In this document: piece after piece, positions 10,457 through 21,832 of the stretch
Layout of the letters: each line of letters opens with the position of its first letter
Position numbering within the stretch: position 1 is the stretch's first letter
IMG/VR virus record: IMGVR_UViG_3300035689_000001
Direction: 5' to 3' (one strand)
Origin: an uncultured virus (IMG/VR IMGVR_UViG_3300035689_000001)
Taxonomy: Duplodnaviria > Heunggongvirae > Uroviricota > Caudoviricetes
DNA: 64,000 nt
Notes under the pieces: generated by a model
Seen by the model: the letters and a program-made list of their open reading frames with translations, nothing else
What the model was told of the DNA's origin: nothing
Database searches by the model: none
Position numbers and translations under genes: made by a program

Positions 10457-13400
10457 GTGCTCGTTTTGGCTGAATCAGAGCGTTACGGCTTATTTGCATC
10501 CTTCCGGTTTGATGCCGGAACCCAGGATTTTGCCGCGATGAACCGGGTGGTTGCCGGGTTGCGCGGTATTGAGGAGGCTGCCCGGACAACTGAGCAATCA
10601 CTTCAATCAGCCCGGTTGGGGCAGGAGGTGCGGCGGCAGATGCGTTCTGCTGCGGGATCTACCGCGACGCTGGAGAGACCTCTCAAAACCCTGCGGCAGG
10701 AATTTAGGGCACTTCGGGCAGAGTCTCGGAATATTGATTTTGGGGAGTTGGGGGACACCCGGCAGTTTAAGGCCGCGACCCAACAGGTGCATCAATACGT
10801 GGATGCGCTGGAATCTTTGGGTAACCAGATTGAGCACAACACATCGTTGGAGCGTGAGTTTGCCGCTGTAGTGAAGCGCCAGCAGCGGATCGCTCAAGAG
10901 CGAATCGATATGGCGGAGCAACAGCGGAAAGCAGCTGTTGCTGCCCAACGGCTCGCGGGTGCCCAGGCGGTTCAGCAGATCGGGCAAGCAGTGGCGGCTC
11001 CCTTGGGGGCAATGGGGCGCGACAGTATCAAGATCCTGTCGGACTTCAATGATCAGATGGCTCAGGTTAAGGCCGTGAGCGACATGACCGCCCGAGAACT
11101 CGAAACCGTTCGGAACCGGGCGAAAGAGTTGGGGGCCAGCACGCGGTTCAGTGCATCGGAGGCAGCATCAGGGTTTGTGCTGCTGGCGCAGGCCGGATAT
11201 GAAGTAGAAGATCAGCTGCGGGCGATCGACGGCACCCTCAACCTGGCGTCTGCCGGAAATCTGGATCTTGCGCGAGCCACTGAAATTACAGTCAGCACGC
11301 TGGGGCAGTTCCAACTGGAAGCAGATAAAGCCTCCCACGCGGCCAACGTCCTGGCGATGGCGGCGGCGATGGGGCAGCTCGACGTTTCTGATATTGGGGA
11401 ATCCCTGAAGTACGCCGGTGTCAGTGCGAAGCGGGCGGGGTTATCGCTGGAGCAGACCGCCTCCATGCTGGCGCTGCTGTCCGAGGGTGGCCTCAAGGGT
11501 GAGATGGCCGGATCGGCGCTGGGGCAAATGTTGGATGGACTGGTCGCGCCTGCCAGCACTGGCGCGGCTGCCCTGGCGAACTTGGGGGTCCAGACCACCG
11601 ATGCAACCGGAAAGTTGCTGCCCTACGAAAAGATTCTTGGCAGAACCATCGAAGCGCTGTCCAAAGTGTCGGACGAATCGGAACGGGCATCAATCCAAAA
11701 CAAAATCTTTGGGGTCGTGGGCGGGAGAGCCGCTGGAATCCTGACGCCGCGCTACGAAAGAATTGCCAAGGCGACAGCCGAGATCGGGAAGTCTGCTGAC
11801 GCGGGGGTCGGAGCCGCGATCAAACAGTCCCGCATCATGGAAGACACCCTTGGGGGGTCATTCCGCAACTTCAGTTCCGCAATGGAAGGGCTGAAGATCT
11901 CCCTGGTGGAACCGCTGGAGCCGATCATCAGGGCGATCATCGATACGGGTTCCGCTGTCGCAAGTTTCTTTGCGGGTCTGCCAGGGCCAATCCGGGGGGT
12001 CATCAGTGTCGGGATGGGGCTGACGTTTGTTCTGGCTGGCCTGTCGGCGGCGATCGCCACCGTTGGGATTGCGGCGTTCGGGATGCAGCAGGCGGCTGCC
12101 ACGTCTTCGGTGGGGTTGCTGGCCCTCAGGAGTAGCGCGATTCCCCTGACGGGATTTTTCCAGACCGCAATGGGGGCATTTTCCGCGAGTGGATTGGCTG
12201 GTCTGCGGCGGTTCGCTGCGGATCTGACTTTATTGCCTGGTCCACTCGGCCAGGTGATGGTCCTGATCCGAGGTGTCGGGATGGCGATCGCGACGACTCC
12301 GTTCGGAATGGCGATCGCCGGGTTTGCTGCCCTGCTGGCGCTGGCGGAAGTCCTGACCCCAGGGTTTGACCTGTTGGGCACAACCATAACGTTGCTGGTC
12401 GCGCCATTCCGTATCCTCGGGGGTCTGGCGAGTGGGGTTCTCCAGGGATTTGGTGCCGCCATCGACGAAATTTCCGGCCAGAGGCTCAGTCCAGTTGCCC
12501 AGGAATTTGCTGAATTTGCCAAAGGATTGATCGATCAAATCGATTCCCTGGAGATGTCGGCTAATTCGCTGGGGCAATCCATCGGGAAAGCGATCGCCAA
12601 GGGCCTTGCTCCGCTGTTCACCGTTCAGGCCGCGATATCCAGAGCGATTTTCTCGATTTGGCGCGGTACCATCACGGCGATTACCCATGCGTTTGATCCA
12701 TTGCTGCGGTTTGCTCGATGGGTCGGGAATATGCTGGTCAGCTCTCTGGCCGAAAACTCCCCTGGCCCTACCGCGCAGATCCGGCAGCGTTGGGACGAGA
12801 CGGTGCAGCATGTCCAGGATGTCATGGGGCAACTGGTTGGGACAGCGCAACAGGTTGGTCAAGCGGTGTGGCAGGCATTCAGTTGGGTTGCCGAGGGTGT
12901 TGCACGTCTGTTTCGGGAAGTCTTTGGCCACTTGCTGGTCAGTCGATTGGTCAAGCAAACAGATGTCTTGGGGGTCCGGATCCATAACCGGGTCTTTGGG
13001 CTTTTGAACGATATCCTGACGCTCCCGGTGGAGCTAGGTAGTCCGGCGACCATGTTTTTTGACGGCCTATTGGCTCGCCTGACCGTCGTGGAAGAGGTAT
13101 TGGTGGCGATCGCTCCGGCTATGCGGATTGCCCTGACCGGGATAATTCCCGTAACGCTTCAGTCGCAGATCGTTGATCTAAACAACTCGCTCCTTAACTA
13201 CATCCGAAGCCTTGGGGGAGTCGAAGGGGTTGTCATGCGTTCAGTTGGGTCGTTTGATCTACTCCTGAAGGTTGCGTCGTTTTTGTTCAAGGCGATGGCG
13301 CGATACCCCGGCCTAATGGCTGGGTTGCGCCAGGGCTTGACGGTGCTCGGCAGATTTGCTGGTTTGGCGGGACTGATTTTATCGCTTGCCGATTCCTTAA

Positions 13401-16400
13401 GGACGCTCTCGTTTTTGGCCCAAGGACTCCAGCGTGTCCTTGCGAACATGGGGGTTCCGTCCGGATGGCTCGATCCGGTGATCACGGGGCTAAACCAGAC
13501 TATCCAGGCGGTCCAGAATGCCCGACAGGCATTCGTTGGATTTGCCCGCAGTATTCTGTATGGCGATTGGGGTTCTGCGGCGCAACAGTTCAGTTCCGCC
13601 TGGACTGATTCGATTGCGCTGGTTCAGCGGATGCTTGGCAGCCCGCTCCTGGCGGATCTACAAGTGTTCTCACCAGGGTCGATGAAATCGGTTCTGGACG
13701 ATCAAAAAACTTGGATAAATTCGCTTCAGGCGGATGTGTCGCTGGCGATCGCGAATCCAATCGTGTTGTTGGCGGCGGGCATCAAGGCCGGGAAGTCACT
13801 GGGGAAAGCGATCACCACTGGTTTGGTCAAGCAGATCGATGGGGTGGCCAAGAAATTTGTTTCTGACTTCTCCACTAAGTTAAATGCAACGTCTGGGGCA
13901 GCGCTGTCAGTTGCCCTCCTGAGTCTGTTTTTCGCTCCGGCAGGCATCCCCCGGTTGATTGCGGGGTTTGCACCGGCTCTAGTGGTTGCCCTGACGAACA
14001 GCGGTGTGCTGCAGAAAGTTCAGGCATGGATAGTTAAAGGGTTCGGCGGTCTGCTGGAGAGGGTAGATCAGGCTTTCGGGCGACAGGAATGGCTCCATCG
14101 ATTGGGAGAAGCGTTCGGCCTGCTTGATGTAATCGCCAAGGGCACCGGTACCGTGATCGATACCCTGGCGAAGAGTATGTCGGTGCGGTTGGGAGCGGCG
14201 ATCGCGATTGTGTCGCCAACCGTACAGTCATTGATCAATAGCCTCAAGGAGATCTATCAAATCGGTGGCGTCCCGGCAGTCCTGCAGAACCTCCAGGTGA
14301 TTACTCGGCCCTTGGCGCTGGCGCTTCAGCAAATTGCCTCATCGATCCAGCAGATGGGGACTGCCCTGGCTGGCCTTGCGGCTACATCTCCGCTGTTCCG
14401 GCAATTAATGGCAAGCGTCGGGACAGCAGCTAATCTCCTGATGCGGATCCCGCTGGTAGAGCAGCTTGGGGCATTTGCTGTATCGATGGGGTTAGGTAGG
14501 CGATTGATGGGGATGGGGCAGTCTGCTGTTTCGACCGCGCAGCAAGGCGGCAAGGTTGCGATTAATGGAATGCAACAGGTGATCCAGTTGATGCTCTGGA
14601 TCGGGCAGGGGGTCTATCAAATCGCGGAACCTGGGGGTACCTCCCTCAAGAAAGTGCCGAGTTTGCTGAGCCGCATCCTGGGGGTTGCGTCCAAGATCCT
14701 GAATCCTCTCCCGGCACTGGTGGGGTTAAGCGGAAAAGCAACCGATGCAGGTGGGATTCCACGGATCACCCCGGTCGATATTTTGTCCCAGTTCCTGCCG
14801 GAATTTCTGATTCCCGCGACCGAAAAGGCGATCGCCGGGACAAAAGTCAGGAAGATTCTGGCAGCTCGACAACCGGGGTTTGAGGAATTTGATCCATTCA
14901 AGCAACGGGAACTGGTTGGACGGTACGTTGAGCGATTATCGAATCCGCTGGGGCTGATCAATACCCCGCTGTTTGGTCCGGTCGTGATGGCCAGCATCGA
15001 GCTGGTCGGCGGTAGCCTATTGGGCCTGATCGCTACCATCGGGTTGGCAGCGGGTGCCCTCTATGTCTTTAAGCCAGAATTAGCCAAACCGCTGGCCGGA
15101 TTTTTCCAGGTCCTAGCCAAGGGGGTCGTCGGGTTAGCCTTTGTCCTGGTGCAGTTGGGCCATTCAAGCCGGGATGCTGCTGATTCGATCGATGTCCTGG
15201 GGCTAAAGCTGAAGGCTCCAGGGTGGGCGATCGCCACCAGCAAGGCCCTGAATGCCATGATTCGGGCTGTCGGGGCCGTCGCGGTTGCGTTTACCCAGGT
15301 GGTTGATTTTGCCTTGGGGATTGTCCCGACCCTCATCCGCTCCACTCTGTTGCTGGTCCCGATTGCCTTCATCGGGATAACGAAGCTCATGCTCCAGGCG
15401 ATCCAGGGGGTACTGCGCCGCGTCCGCGACGATACCAAGCGCCTGGGTGACGCGATTGTCGCGGGGGTACGGCAGGGTGATTGGTCGCAGCTCGGCAGCA
15501 TCCTGAAGGAAGCGTTCATGAATGCCCTGAACGTGACGCTAATCCCGATCGCCCGGTTAGTTAAGTACATCGCGTGGGATTTGATCATCTCGCCAATCGC
15601 TTCTGCTGTTTGGTGGGGCCTCACGACTGTCGGGAATGCGATCGGCAGCGTGCTGCTCCACCCAATTCGCACCATCAATTTCCTGGTGAACGCCATCAAA
15701 GCTATCGGGGTCGCGGTTGCGTCGATCCGGCTGGTGGGCTTGCTCCAGGCATTCACGAGGGTCAGCACCGTCGTTTATGAGTTCGAGTCAGCGGTTGGCA
15801 CCACCGGGGTAGCGATCGCCGCCATCGCTACAGTTGCTTCGGTTGCACTTGACCCCATCATTGCCCTGGTGATGGGGGCGGTGGTGGCGATCGGGGTGTT
15901 GGTCCAGAGTTACCGCGACAACTTCAGTGTGCTGACTGCGGTGATCAACGGCCTCCAGTGGGCGATTAGTTCCCTGCAGGAACGCATGGCGACCCTAGTC
16001 CAGGTCTTCGCCACCCCGATCAAGCCGCTTGATTGGTTGTTCAGCCCCATTGCCAACTTCCTGTCGGGTGCAGGTGATAAGTTTGTCCAGTGGTTCCCAA
16101 CCATCCTGGCGGCATTCGTTGGGTTGCAGGTGGCTCGTAAGGGTCTGGTTGGTGGATTCGTATCGGCATTCTCGATCATCGCGAAAGCTATCCTGTCGGT
16201 TGTCTCGGCTATCTCGCAGGCGATCACCGGGATGATCCGGCTGGGTGGAAAAACTCGGGAGTTCAGCCAGACTCTTGAGGGTGAGGTGATGATTGAGCAA
16301 GCCCGCAGGGTAGGGCGTCGGGCAGGGCAGCGGTTTGGTCTGTTCCAAAGTAACGAACCCCAGGCAATCCAGGCGGAGCGAGATCAGCAGTTTTTGGAGA

Positions 16401-19400
16401 AATCGGCGATCGTCCGGTTCAGAAAATCGGTCCAGCAGACTTTGAAAAAAACGGGTGGCTCCCTTGAGTCAATTTCGGAAGAGGTGCTCCAGCAACTCGC
16501 GGCAAAATCCCGCCTCGACACATCTGGCGTCCCAGGGGTTGTGCCGCTGCGGGAACTGGCGGCACGGGATAGCGGCCAGTTGGAAGAGATCCGAGACCTC
16601 TATCAGCAAAACATCGACAACCTCAAGACCGCCGACATGCGTGCCCAGACCGTTACGCTTGTGTCGGACAAGGTTGAGGCGTCGAACGTGGTGTCGATCA
16701 CCCGTGGGACCACCCGAAAGCTTTCAACTCCAGAGGATGTCTCGTCGCTGCGGTTTGGCGCAGCAGAACTCCGGGCATTGGCGAATATGCCGGGTGGTGA
16801 GAGGCTCCGGTCGGGAGCAGGGCTATCACAGGAAGCCAGCAGGTTAGAAACAACCCTTGGGGAGGCAGCCAAGCGGCTCGAAGATATCCCTCTCTCGGTA
16901 CTGAAGAATCTGGCACAGGCCGTTGGGGTCTACCAACCTCGAACCAGCCGCGACGAAGATTACCGCTTCCTCAATACCTACAAGGATCAACTCGATAAAC
17001 AGGGATTGCCAGGTGTCCAGAAGCAACTCCTGATGCTCCAGATCCTGGCCAGGACTGACCAGATCCCAACCCCACAGGAGCTTACCAAAGGGATCGTGAG
17101 CGCGGAGGAGGCCCTGAAGGCAATCCACGGGGCACTGGAGCACCTGTACCGTGCCGCCAATGTCAAAGGCGAGGGTCAGGCGGATGCATTCAACCAGATG
17201 GCGATCGATACCTTGAGGGGGCAACTTCCGTTCCTAACGAACCAGGATGTCGCCAACGTTATCTCGCTCCTGGACAAAAACCCGAATCCAGACCGCATCA
17301 TGATGGCGTTGCAGCAGGTCCTGGACACTCAGGTTGATCTGTTCCTGCAGGACAGCCCAATCTTCACGCCGGTGCAAGAAGCAGCCCAGAAGATGGAACA
17401 GGTGATCCAAACGACCGCCACCGAGGCGATCGCCCAGATGCCGAAGGGTGGGCTGTGGGCAGGGTTAGGTAAGCGATTGAAGGTCGCGGTCCATGATTTT
17501 ATGGATAGCGACAGGGTTAGATCCTTTATCGAAAACCGGCAGGAGCAGAAACAGCAACGGCAAATCGCCGCCATGACGGAACAGCGGCGCATGAGGGTTG
17601 CGGCAATCCAGCGAAATTCTGGGGCATCGAACCAGCTGGACTTCCTCCGGCGCATCGGGGCGATTCAAGACCCCACCACCCAGATACTGGAGCAACGGCA
17701 ACGACCAGTCCCGTCAGCGCCATCGTCTCTACCGCCTGCTCCGCCACCACCGCGCGAGTACCCGATGCTGCCGGATCCGTGGGAAGAAACCGAAGCTGAG
17801 CGCTTCTTCAAGGGCCTCGCGAGATTCACGCGATCGCTTCGACGGCAGATTCCTGAGGTTTCGGAGCAAACGGTTGAATTCTTCCGAACCATCAACCGCG
17901 ACGGCGAGCGATCGCTGGAGCGGGTCAATGTTGTGCCGCTGTACCGCAGGATGTTAATGGGGGCGGCAGGGGGCGCGCGTCAGGCTCTGAACCAGGCCGC
18001 AACCCTCTTCGATCGGCGTGCTGGCATTAAGCCCCCGGAGATTTTGCAAAAGCCATCAGGAGAAAGCCCCCGTATCGCTGGATTATTGCCTGCTGCCCGT
18101 GAACCTGTAGCGCCAAGTCAACCTGGTGGCAATATTCAAAATCCTTTCAAGGAAATTGAGCGCGGCATTTGGATGTTTGGAACATTTTACTCTACCGACA
18201 AGATTAAGTCGGCATGGAAGCGTACCAGTGATGTGATTCAGAACGGTATCTGGCCCCGATTGGTAAATTCCGCCAAGCAAGTCGGGCGAAAAATCCTGTC
18301 GTATATCGCCGAGAACTCACCCGGTCCCACGGCGCAAATCCGGCAGCGCTATCACGAAACTGCCGATTCAGTTGTGGCGGATATGCACCACATGGAAGCT
18401 GCTGCTGCCCGGACTGGTCAGAAGATTAAGCACTCGCTGGTCGGTGGAGTCGGTAGGGCCGGGGTTGCTATTTTCGGGGCGCTAAGCGCTACCGGGTTCG
18501 CCACCCAATCGATCGCATCTTCACTCTCGACCCTGGGGATCCTGGACGAATCGACGAGTGATGCGCTGTTCAAATTCACAGAGCTATTCTCTATCGTGGG
18601 GGCAGTCGGGAGTCTGGCGGCTCCATTGTTCGGGGCGGTAGCGGCGACGTTAGGGGCACTTATCCCGATCATCACGACCGTCGGGGGGGCGATCGCAACG
18701 TTCCTGATTGGACCCATTGGGTTGGCGAGTGGCGCGATAATCGGATCCCTCCTGCTGATCAATGAAGCAACGAAGCGGCTGTTCGGCATCGACTTCATCG
18801 CACCTGTCGTCGGTCGTGTCATGATGATGGCGAACGCCATCAGACAACCGCTCGATTGGGCCGCCAACTGGATTGAAGCTCGCTGGCAACAGTTCCGCGA
18901 TCGCTTTGCCCCGATCCTCGCCCCCATTGTTGAGCCAGCCCTGGAGGTAGCGCAACAGCTGATCAATGCCCTGAACCACAACCCGACCGAGGTAATCCCG
19001 CTGGCATGGGAGGAAGCGGTTCAGCGGATTATTGGATGGATTTCGCAACTACCGGGAATCGGCGAGTGGGCCGCGAAACAGCTCAACAAGGTGATGCAAC
19101 CTGGAGGAGTCTTGTCTCGCTGGGGCGCAACGGTGAAGCGCTGGTTCAGCGACCTGAAACAATCTCCCGATGGTGCCGTGATTGCCCCGACCAAGAAAGA
19201 ACTTCCTCCGCTCCCGCCCCCCCCGAAGGTGACAGCAGCGGAACAATGGGGCGACATGATGACGGCGCTACAGCGCAGTGGTGATCCATCTCAGGTCTTG
19301 ACCCCTGGGTTGGATCAGGCAACTTACGGGTTCCAGTTCTTGCTGAAATCGGCACGACAGTTCGGTGAAGAATCCGGTGCTGCATTGAAGCGGCTCGACT

Positions 19401-21832
19401 TTGGGGCGCTCACCGGATCAGCCAAAGCGTTTGGCGATCGCTTCCTCATGGCCGCCAGCATCGTGGGTCAGGGCTTCGGCAGCATGACAATGGGGGCGTT
19501 GGCGTTTGGGGTAACTTCCCTCCTGAGCCTCGGCCCCGTAATCCTGACGCTGGGGGGCATCGGGTTGGCGGCCCTGGCGGTCGCGACCAACTTCCTGGGG
19601 TTACGCACCATTGTGGTGGGGGCAATTCGGGCGATCGTCGGGATTGTCCAGATCCTTGCCACAACCCTGAAGGGGGTGGTTCAGATCACTGCGGGTCTCA
19701 CGAGAGTGCTGGCGGGTGCCCTCGCGATGCTGGGGGGCAACTTCGAGATGATCCATCACGGGATTGCCCAGGTGATCCAGGGGGTCAACACGATTTCGTT
19801 CGGGTTGGGTCAGGGTTTGCGAAATCTCATCGGGGGAGCCGTCCAGATGCTCCGGGGTGCATTCCAGGGATTGGGGCAGGTGGCACGCTTTACCCTGGGG
19901 GCAATCCAGCGGTCTGGAGCGTTGATCGCAACGACATTCCGGCAGATCATTCAGTTGACCAAAGGGGTTGGCAATGCTCTCCTGAATGCCCTGACGCAGC
20001 CCCAGAAAGCTTGGAACCGATTTGTAGGGACACTCCAGCAAGCCAAAAATGTCATCAGCAGGATCGCACAGTCCCCCCGGATTGCTGCCGATACTGTTGG
20101 GCTGGGGGCCAAAGGTAAGGCCCCCAGAATCCCGGAGAGCTACCAGATGGCTGAGTTCGATGATCGGCTCCGCAGTATCCCGTTTGTGGGGAATTATCTG
20201 GCGAATCAACAGGCCAACAACCCCGAACGTTTCAATGCACTGTCGGATGCGTTCGCCGGACTGACCGGGGTTTTGTCGGCACTATCCCCGGCGCTCGCGG
20301 CCCCATTGATGCTGTTCAGCGGATTGCTCGATAGCGTCGTGATGCTGGCGACCTCAATCCCGATCCTTAAACCGATGATCCTTGGGTTTGCCGCCACCCT
20401 CAAGGGTATGGGGACTGCCGCCGGGTTCGCCGCCACCATGAACACGGCCCTGACGACTGCTCAAACTTTCTTGACGGGTGCCCTGACGATCGGGATGGGG
20501 GCCGCTAAAGCCTTCTGGGCTGCTATCAGCGGCCCACTCCTCCCGGTTGTCGTGGCGATCGGCCTGATTGTCGCGGGAGTCTGGGCGTTACTCCAGGCGT
20601 TCAATGTATTCGGCAGGATCGGCCAGCTCATCGGCGGAATCGTCCAGTCATTCCGGGAAGCTTGGGGCATTATTGACCGGGCATTCCGAGACGCGTTTGG
20701 CGGCATTATGATCGCGCTTAATCAACTCGGTGATGCGATCGCGTCACCGTTTGAACCGCTGCTCCAGCTATTTGGCGCATCGGGCGGCGCTGGCCTCGCG
20801 GGCCTAATCAGCGGGACATTCCGGATAGCCCTTAACCCGATCCTCCTGGTAGCCCAAGGGATTGGGTTGGTGGTGCGGCTAATCGGTGCCGTTGTCGCCG
20901 GTGTGATCCAGGCGGGCGCATACATCACCCGGAAGCTGTTGTCACCGGTGGCGATCGCGCTCGAATGGATTATCGGTGCATTCCGGGACACCTTCGGGTT
21001 CATTGGGGAAACCCTCATGGAGGTAGGGAACTCCCTGGCGGAACCATTCGAACCGCTCCTCAATATGTTTGGAACCAGCGGCGCGGGCGGGCTGGTGGAT
21101 CTGCTGGGCCGTGGAATTTCGATGCTCCTATCCCCCCTGGAGATCCTGGGGTTTGCGGTCTCGATGGTGGTGCGGCTCTTTGGAGTCGTCCTGGTGGGGG
21201 CAATCCGGCTGGTCGGGACAGTCCTGAAGCCAATCATCTCCGTTATCCTGACGCCATTCCGGGTGATCGCAACCGTAATCCAGGGGGTTGTATGGCTGCT
21301 CCAGCAGATCCCAGCCCTCATGAGCGTGATTGCGAACGGCCTCTTGAGTGTTGTGCCCGAACCACTCCGCTGGTTGGTTGAATCCGCTCAAAAGATCACA
21401 GGGAATGGTCCCGCCGCTACGGGACCGACACCCCAGCGGTTTAGCACAGGTGGTCTCGTCACCGGGCCGTCCGGTGGCGACGTTATCCCCGCGCTCCTAT
21501 CAAACCGGGAATTCGTCGTTAACCAGAACGCAACCCGCCAGAACCTCGGGTTCCTTGAGGCGATTAATGCAGGGGTCCCGGCAGAGAAAGCCCTGGGCCT
21601 CATGCAGATCGCACCTCCCCCAATTGTCCGGCCTTCCGCCCAGGCGATCGCAGCCCCCGCCGATGCAACTCAACCCATTAGCGTTCAGGTCAACCTGACG
21701 TTCACGGGCAACATCATGGTGTCGGGCAACTCCGGGGAGGAAGTCGCATCTGAAATGATGCAACATCTCGAACCAAAGCTACAGATCGCCATCAGGGAAG
21801 CACTCCGCGATATGGTTGAACGGATGCGCTGA
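10457..21832 (+). CDS. Giant phage tail tape-measure protein (TP901-type core)
   Basis: DFNDQMAQVKAVS...AKELGASTRFSASEAASGFVLLAQAG...LNLASAG...IGESLKYAG...GLKGEMAGSAL core; long Ala/Gly/Leu amphipathic body; C-terminal FSTGGLVTGPSGGDVIPALLSNREFVVN motif. Confidence 0.92.
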   Translation: MLVLAESERYGLFASFRFDAGTQDFAAMNRVVAGLRGIEEAARTTEQSLQSARLGQEVRRQMRSAAGSTATLERPLKTLRQEFRALRAESRNIDFGELGDTRQFKAATQQVHQYVDALESLGNQIEHNTSLEREFAAVVKRQQRIAQERIDMAEQQRKAAVAAQRLAGAQAVQQIGQAVAAPLGAMGRDSIKILSDFNDQMAQVKAVSDMTARELETVRNRAKELGASTRFSASEAASGFVLLAQAGYEVEDQLRAIDGTLNLASAGNLDLARATEITVSTLGQFQLEADKASHAANVLAMAAAMGQLDVSDIGESLKYAGVSAKRAGLSLEQTASMLALLSEGGLKGEMAGSALGQMLDGLVAPASTGAAALANLGVQTTDATGKLLPYEKILGRTIEALSKVSDESERASIQNKIFGVVGGRAAGILTPRYERIAKATAEIGKSADAGVGAAIKQSRIMEDTLGGSFRNFSSAMEGLKISLVEPLEPIIRAIIDTGSAVASFFAGLPGPIRGVISVGMGLTFVLAGLSAAIATVGIAAFGMQQAAATSSVGLLALRSSAIPLTGFFQTAMGAFSASGLAGLRRFAADLTLLPGPLGQVMVLIRGVGMAIATTPFGMAIAGFAALLALAEVLTPGFDLLGTTITLLVAPFRILGGLASGVLQGFGAAIDEISGQRLSPVAQEFAEFAKGLIDQIDSLEMSANSLGQSIGKAIAKGLAPLFTVQAAISRAIFSIWRGTITAITHAFDPLLRFARWVGNMLVSSLAENSPGPTAQIRQRWDETVQHVQDVMGQLVGTAQQVGQAVWQAFSWVAEGVARLFREVFGHLLVSRLVKQTDVLGVRIHNRVFGLLNDILTLPVELGSPATMFFDGLLARLTVVEEVLVAIAPAMRIALTGIIPVTLQSQIVDLNNSLLNYIRSLGGVEGVVMRSVGSFDLLLKVASFLFKAMARYPGLMAGLRQGLTVLGRFAGLAGLILSLADSLRTLSFLAQGLQRVLANMGVPSGWLDPVITGLNQTIQAVQNARQAFVGFARSILYGDWGSAAQQFSSAWTDSIALVQRMLGSPLLADLQVFSPGSMKSVLDDQKTWINSLQADVSLAIANPIVLLAAGIKAGKSLGKAITTGLVKQIDGVAKKFVSDFSTKLNATSGAALSVALLSLFFAPAGIPRLIAGFAPALVVALTNSGVLQKVQAWIVKGFGGLLERVDQAFGRQEWLHRLGEAFGLLDVIAKGTGTVIDTLAKSMSVRLGAAIAIVSPTVQSLINSLKEIYQIGGVPAVLQNLQVITRPLALALQQIASSIQQMGTALAGLAATSPLFRQLMASVGTAANLLMRIPLVEQLGAFAVSMGLGRRLMGMGQSAVSTAQQGGKVAINGMQQVIQLMLWIGQGVYQIAEPGGTSLKKVPSLLSRILGVASKILNPLPALVGLSGKATDAGGIPRITPVDILSQFLPEFLIPATEKAIAGTKVRKILAARQPGFEEFDPFKQRELVGRYVERLSNPLGLINTPLFGPVVMASIELVGGSLLGLIATIGLAAGALYVFKPELAKPLAGFFQVLAKGVVGLAFVLVQLGHSSRDAADSIDVLGLKLKAPGWAIATSKALNAMIRAVGAVAVAFTQVVDFALGIVPTLIRSTLLLVPIAFIGITKLMLQAIQGVLRRVRDDTKRLGDAIVAGVRQGDWSQLGSILKEAFMNALNVTLIPIARLVKYIAWDLIISPIASAVWWGLTTVGNAIGSVLLHPIRTINFLVNAIKAIGVAVASIRLVGLLQAFTRVSTVVYEFESAVGTTGVAIAAIATVASVALDPIIALVMGAVVAIGVLVQSYRDNFSVLTAVINGLQWAISSLQERMATLVQVFATPIKPLDWLFSPIANFLSGAGDKFVQWFPTILAAFVGLQVARKGLVGGFVSAFSIIAKAILSVVSAISQAITGMIRLGGKTREFSQTLEGEVMIEQARRVGRRAGQRFGLFQSNEPQAIQAERDQQFLEKSAIVRFRKSVQQTLKKTGGSLESISEEVLQQLAAKSRLDTSGVPGVVPLRELAARDSGQLEEIRDLYQQNIDNLKTADMRAQTVTLVSDKVEASNVVSITRGTTRKLSTPEDVSSLRFGAAELRALANMPGGERLRSGAGLSQEASRLETTLGEAAKRLEDIPLSVLKNLAQAVGVYQPRTSRDEDYRFLNTYKDQLDKQGLPGVQKQLLMLQILARTDQIPTPQELTKGIVSAEEALKAIHGALEHLYRAANVKGEGQADAFNQMAIDTLRGQLPFLTNQDVANVISLLDKNPNPDRIMMALQQVLDTQVDLFLQDSPIFTPVQEAAQKMEQVIQTTATEAIAQMPKGGLWAGLGKRLKVAVHDFMDSDRVRSFIENRQEQKQQRQIAAMTEQRRMRVAAIQRNSGASNQLDFLRRIGAIQDPTTQILEQRQRPVPSAPSSLPPAPPPPREYPMLPDPWEETEAERFFKGLARFTRSLRRQIPEVSEQTVEFFRTINRDGERSLERVNVVPLYRRMLMGAAGGARQALNQAATLFDRRAGIKPPEILQKPSGESPRIAGLLPAAREPVAPSQPGGNIQNPFKEIERGIWMFGTFYSTDKIKSAWKRTSDVIQNGIWPRLVNSAKQVGRKILSYIAENSPGPTAQIRQRYHETADSVVADMHHMEAAAARTGQKIKHSLVGGVGRAGVAIFGALSATGFATQSIASSLSTLGILDESTSDALFKFTELFSIVGAVGSLAAPLFGAVAATLGALIPIITTVGGAIATFLIGPIGLASGAIIGSLLLINEATKRLFGIDFIAPVVGRVMMMANAIRQPLDWAANWIEARWQQFRDRFAPILAPIVEPALEVAQQLINALNHNPTEVIPLAWEEAVQRIIGWISQLPGIGEWAAKQLNKVMQPGGVLSRWGATVKRWFSDLKQSPDGAVIAPTKKELPPLPPPPKVTAAEQWGDMMTALQRSGDPSQVLTPGLDQATYGFQFLLKSARQFGEESGAALKRLDFGALTGSAKAFGDRFLMAASIVGQGFGSMTMGALAFGVTSLLSLGPVILTLGGIGLAALAVATNFLGLRTIVVGAIRAIVGIVQILATTLKGVVQITAGLTRVLAGALAMLGGNFEMIHHGIAQVIQGVNTISFGLGQGLRNLIGGAVQMLRGAFQGLGQVARFTLGAIQRSGALIATTFRQIIQLTKGVGNALLNALTQPQKAWNRFVGTLQQAKNVISRIAQSPRIAADTVGLGAKGKAPRIPESYQMAEFDDRLRSIPFVGNYLANQQANNPERFNALSDAFAGLTGVLSALSPALAAPLMLFSGLLDSVVMLATSIPILKPMILGFAATLKGMGTAAGFAATMNTALTTAQTFLTGALTIGMGAAKAFWAAISGPLLPVVVAIGLIVAGVWALLQAFNVFGRIGQLIGGIVQSFREAWGIIDRAFRDAFGGIMIALNQLGDAIASPFEPLLQLFGASGGAGLAGLISGTFRIALNPILLVAQGIGLVVRLIGAVVAGVIQAGAYITRKLLSPVAIALEWIIGAFRDTFGFIGETLMEVGNSLAEPFEPLLNMFGTSGAGGLVDLLGRGISMLLSPLEILGFAVSMVVRLFGVVLVGAIRLVGTVLKPIISVILTPFRVIATVIQGVVWLLQQIPALMSVIANGLLSVVPEPLRWLVESAQKITGNGPAATGPTPQRFSTGGLVTGPSGGDVIPALLSNREFVVNQNATRQNLGFLEAINAGVPAEKALGLMQIAPPPIVRPSAQAIAAPADATQPISVQVNLTFTGNIMVSGNSGEEVASEMMQHLEPKLQIAIREALRDMVERMR

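Noticed and set aside
10551..21766. Many overlapping ORFs inside the tape-measure gene
   Set aside because: Shadow frames of a GC-rich coding sequence with no motifs
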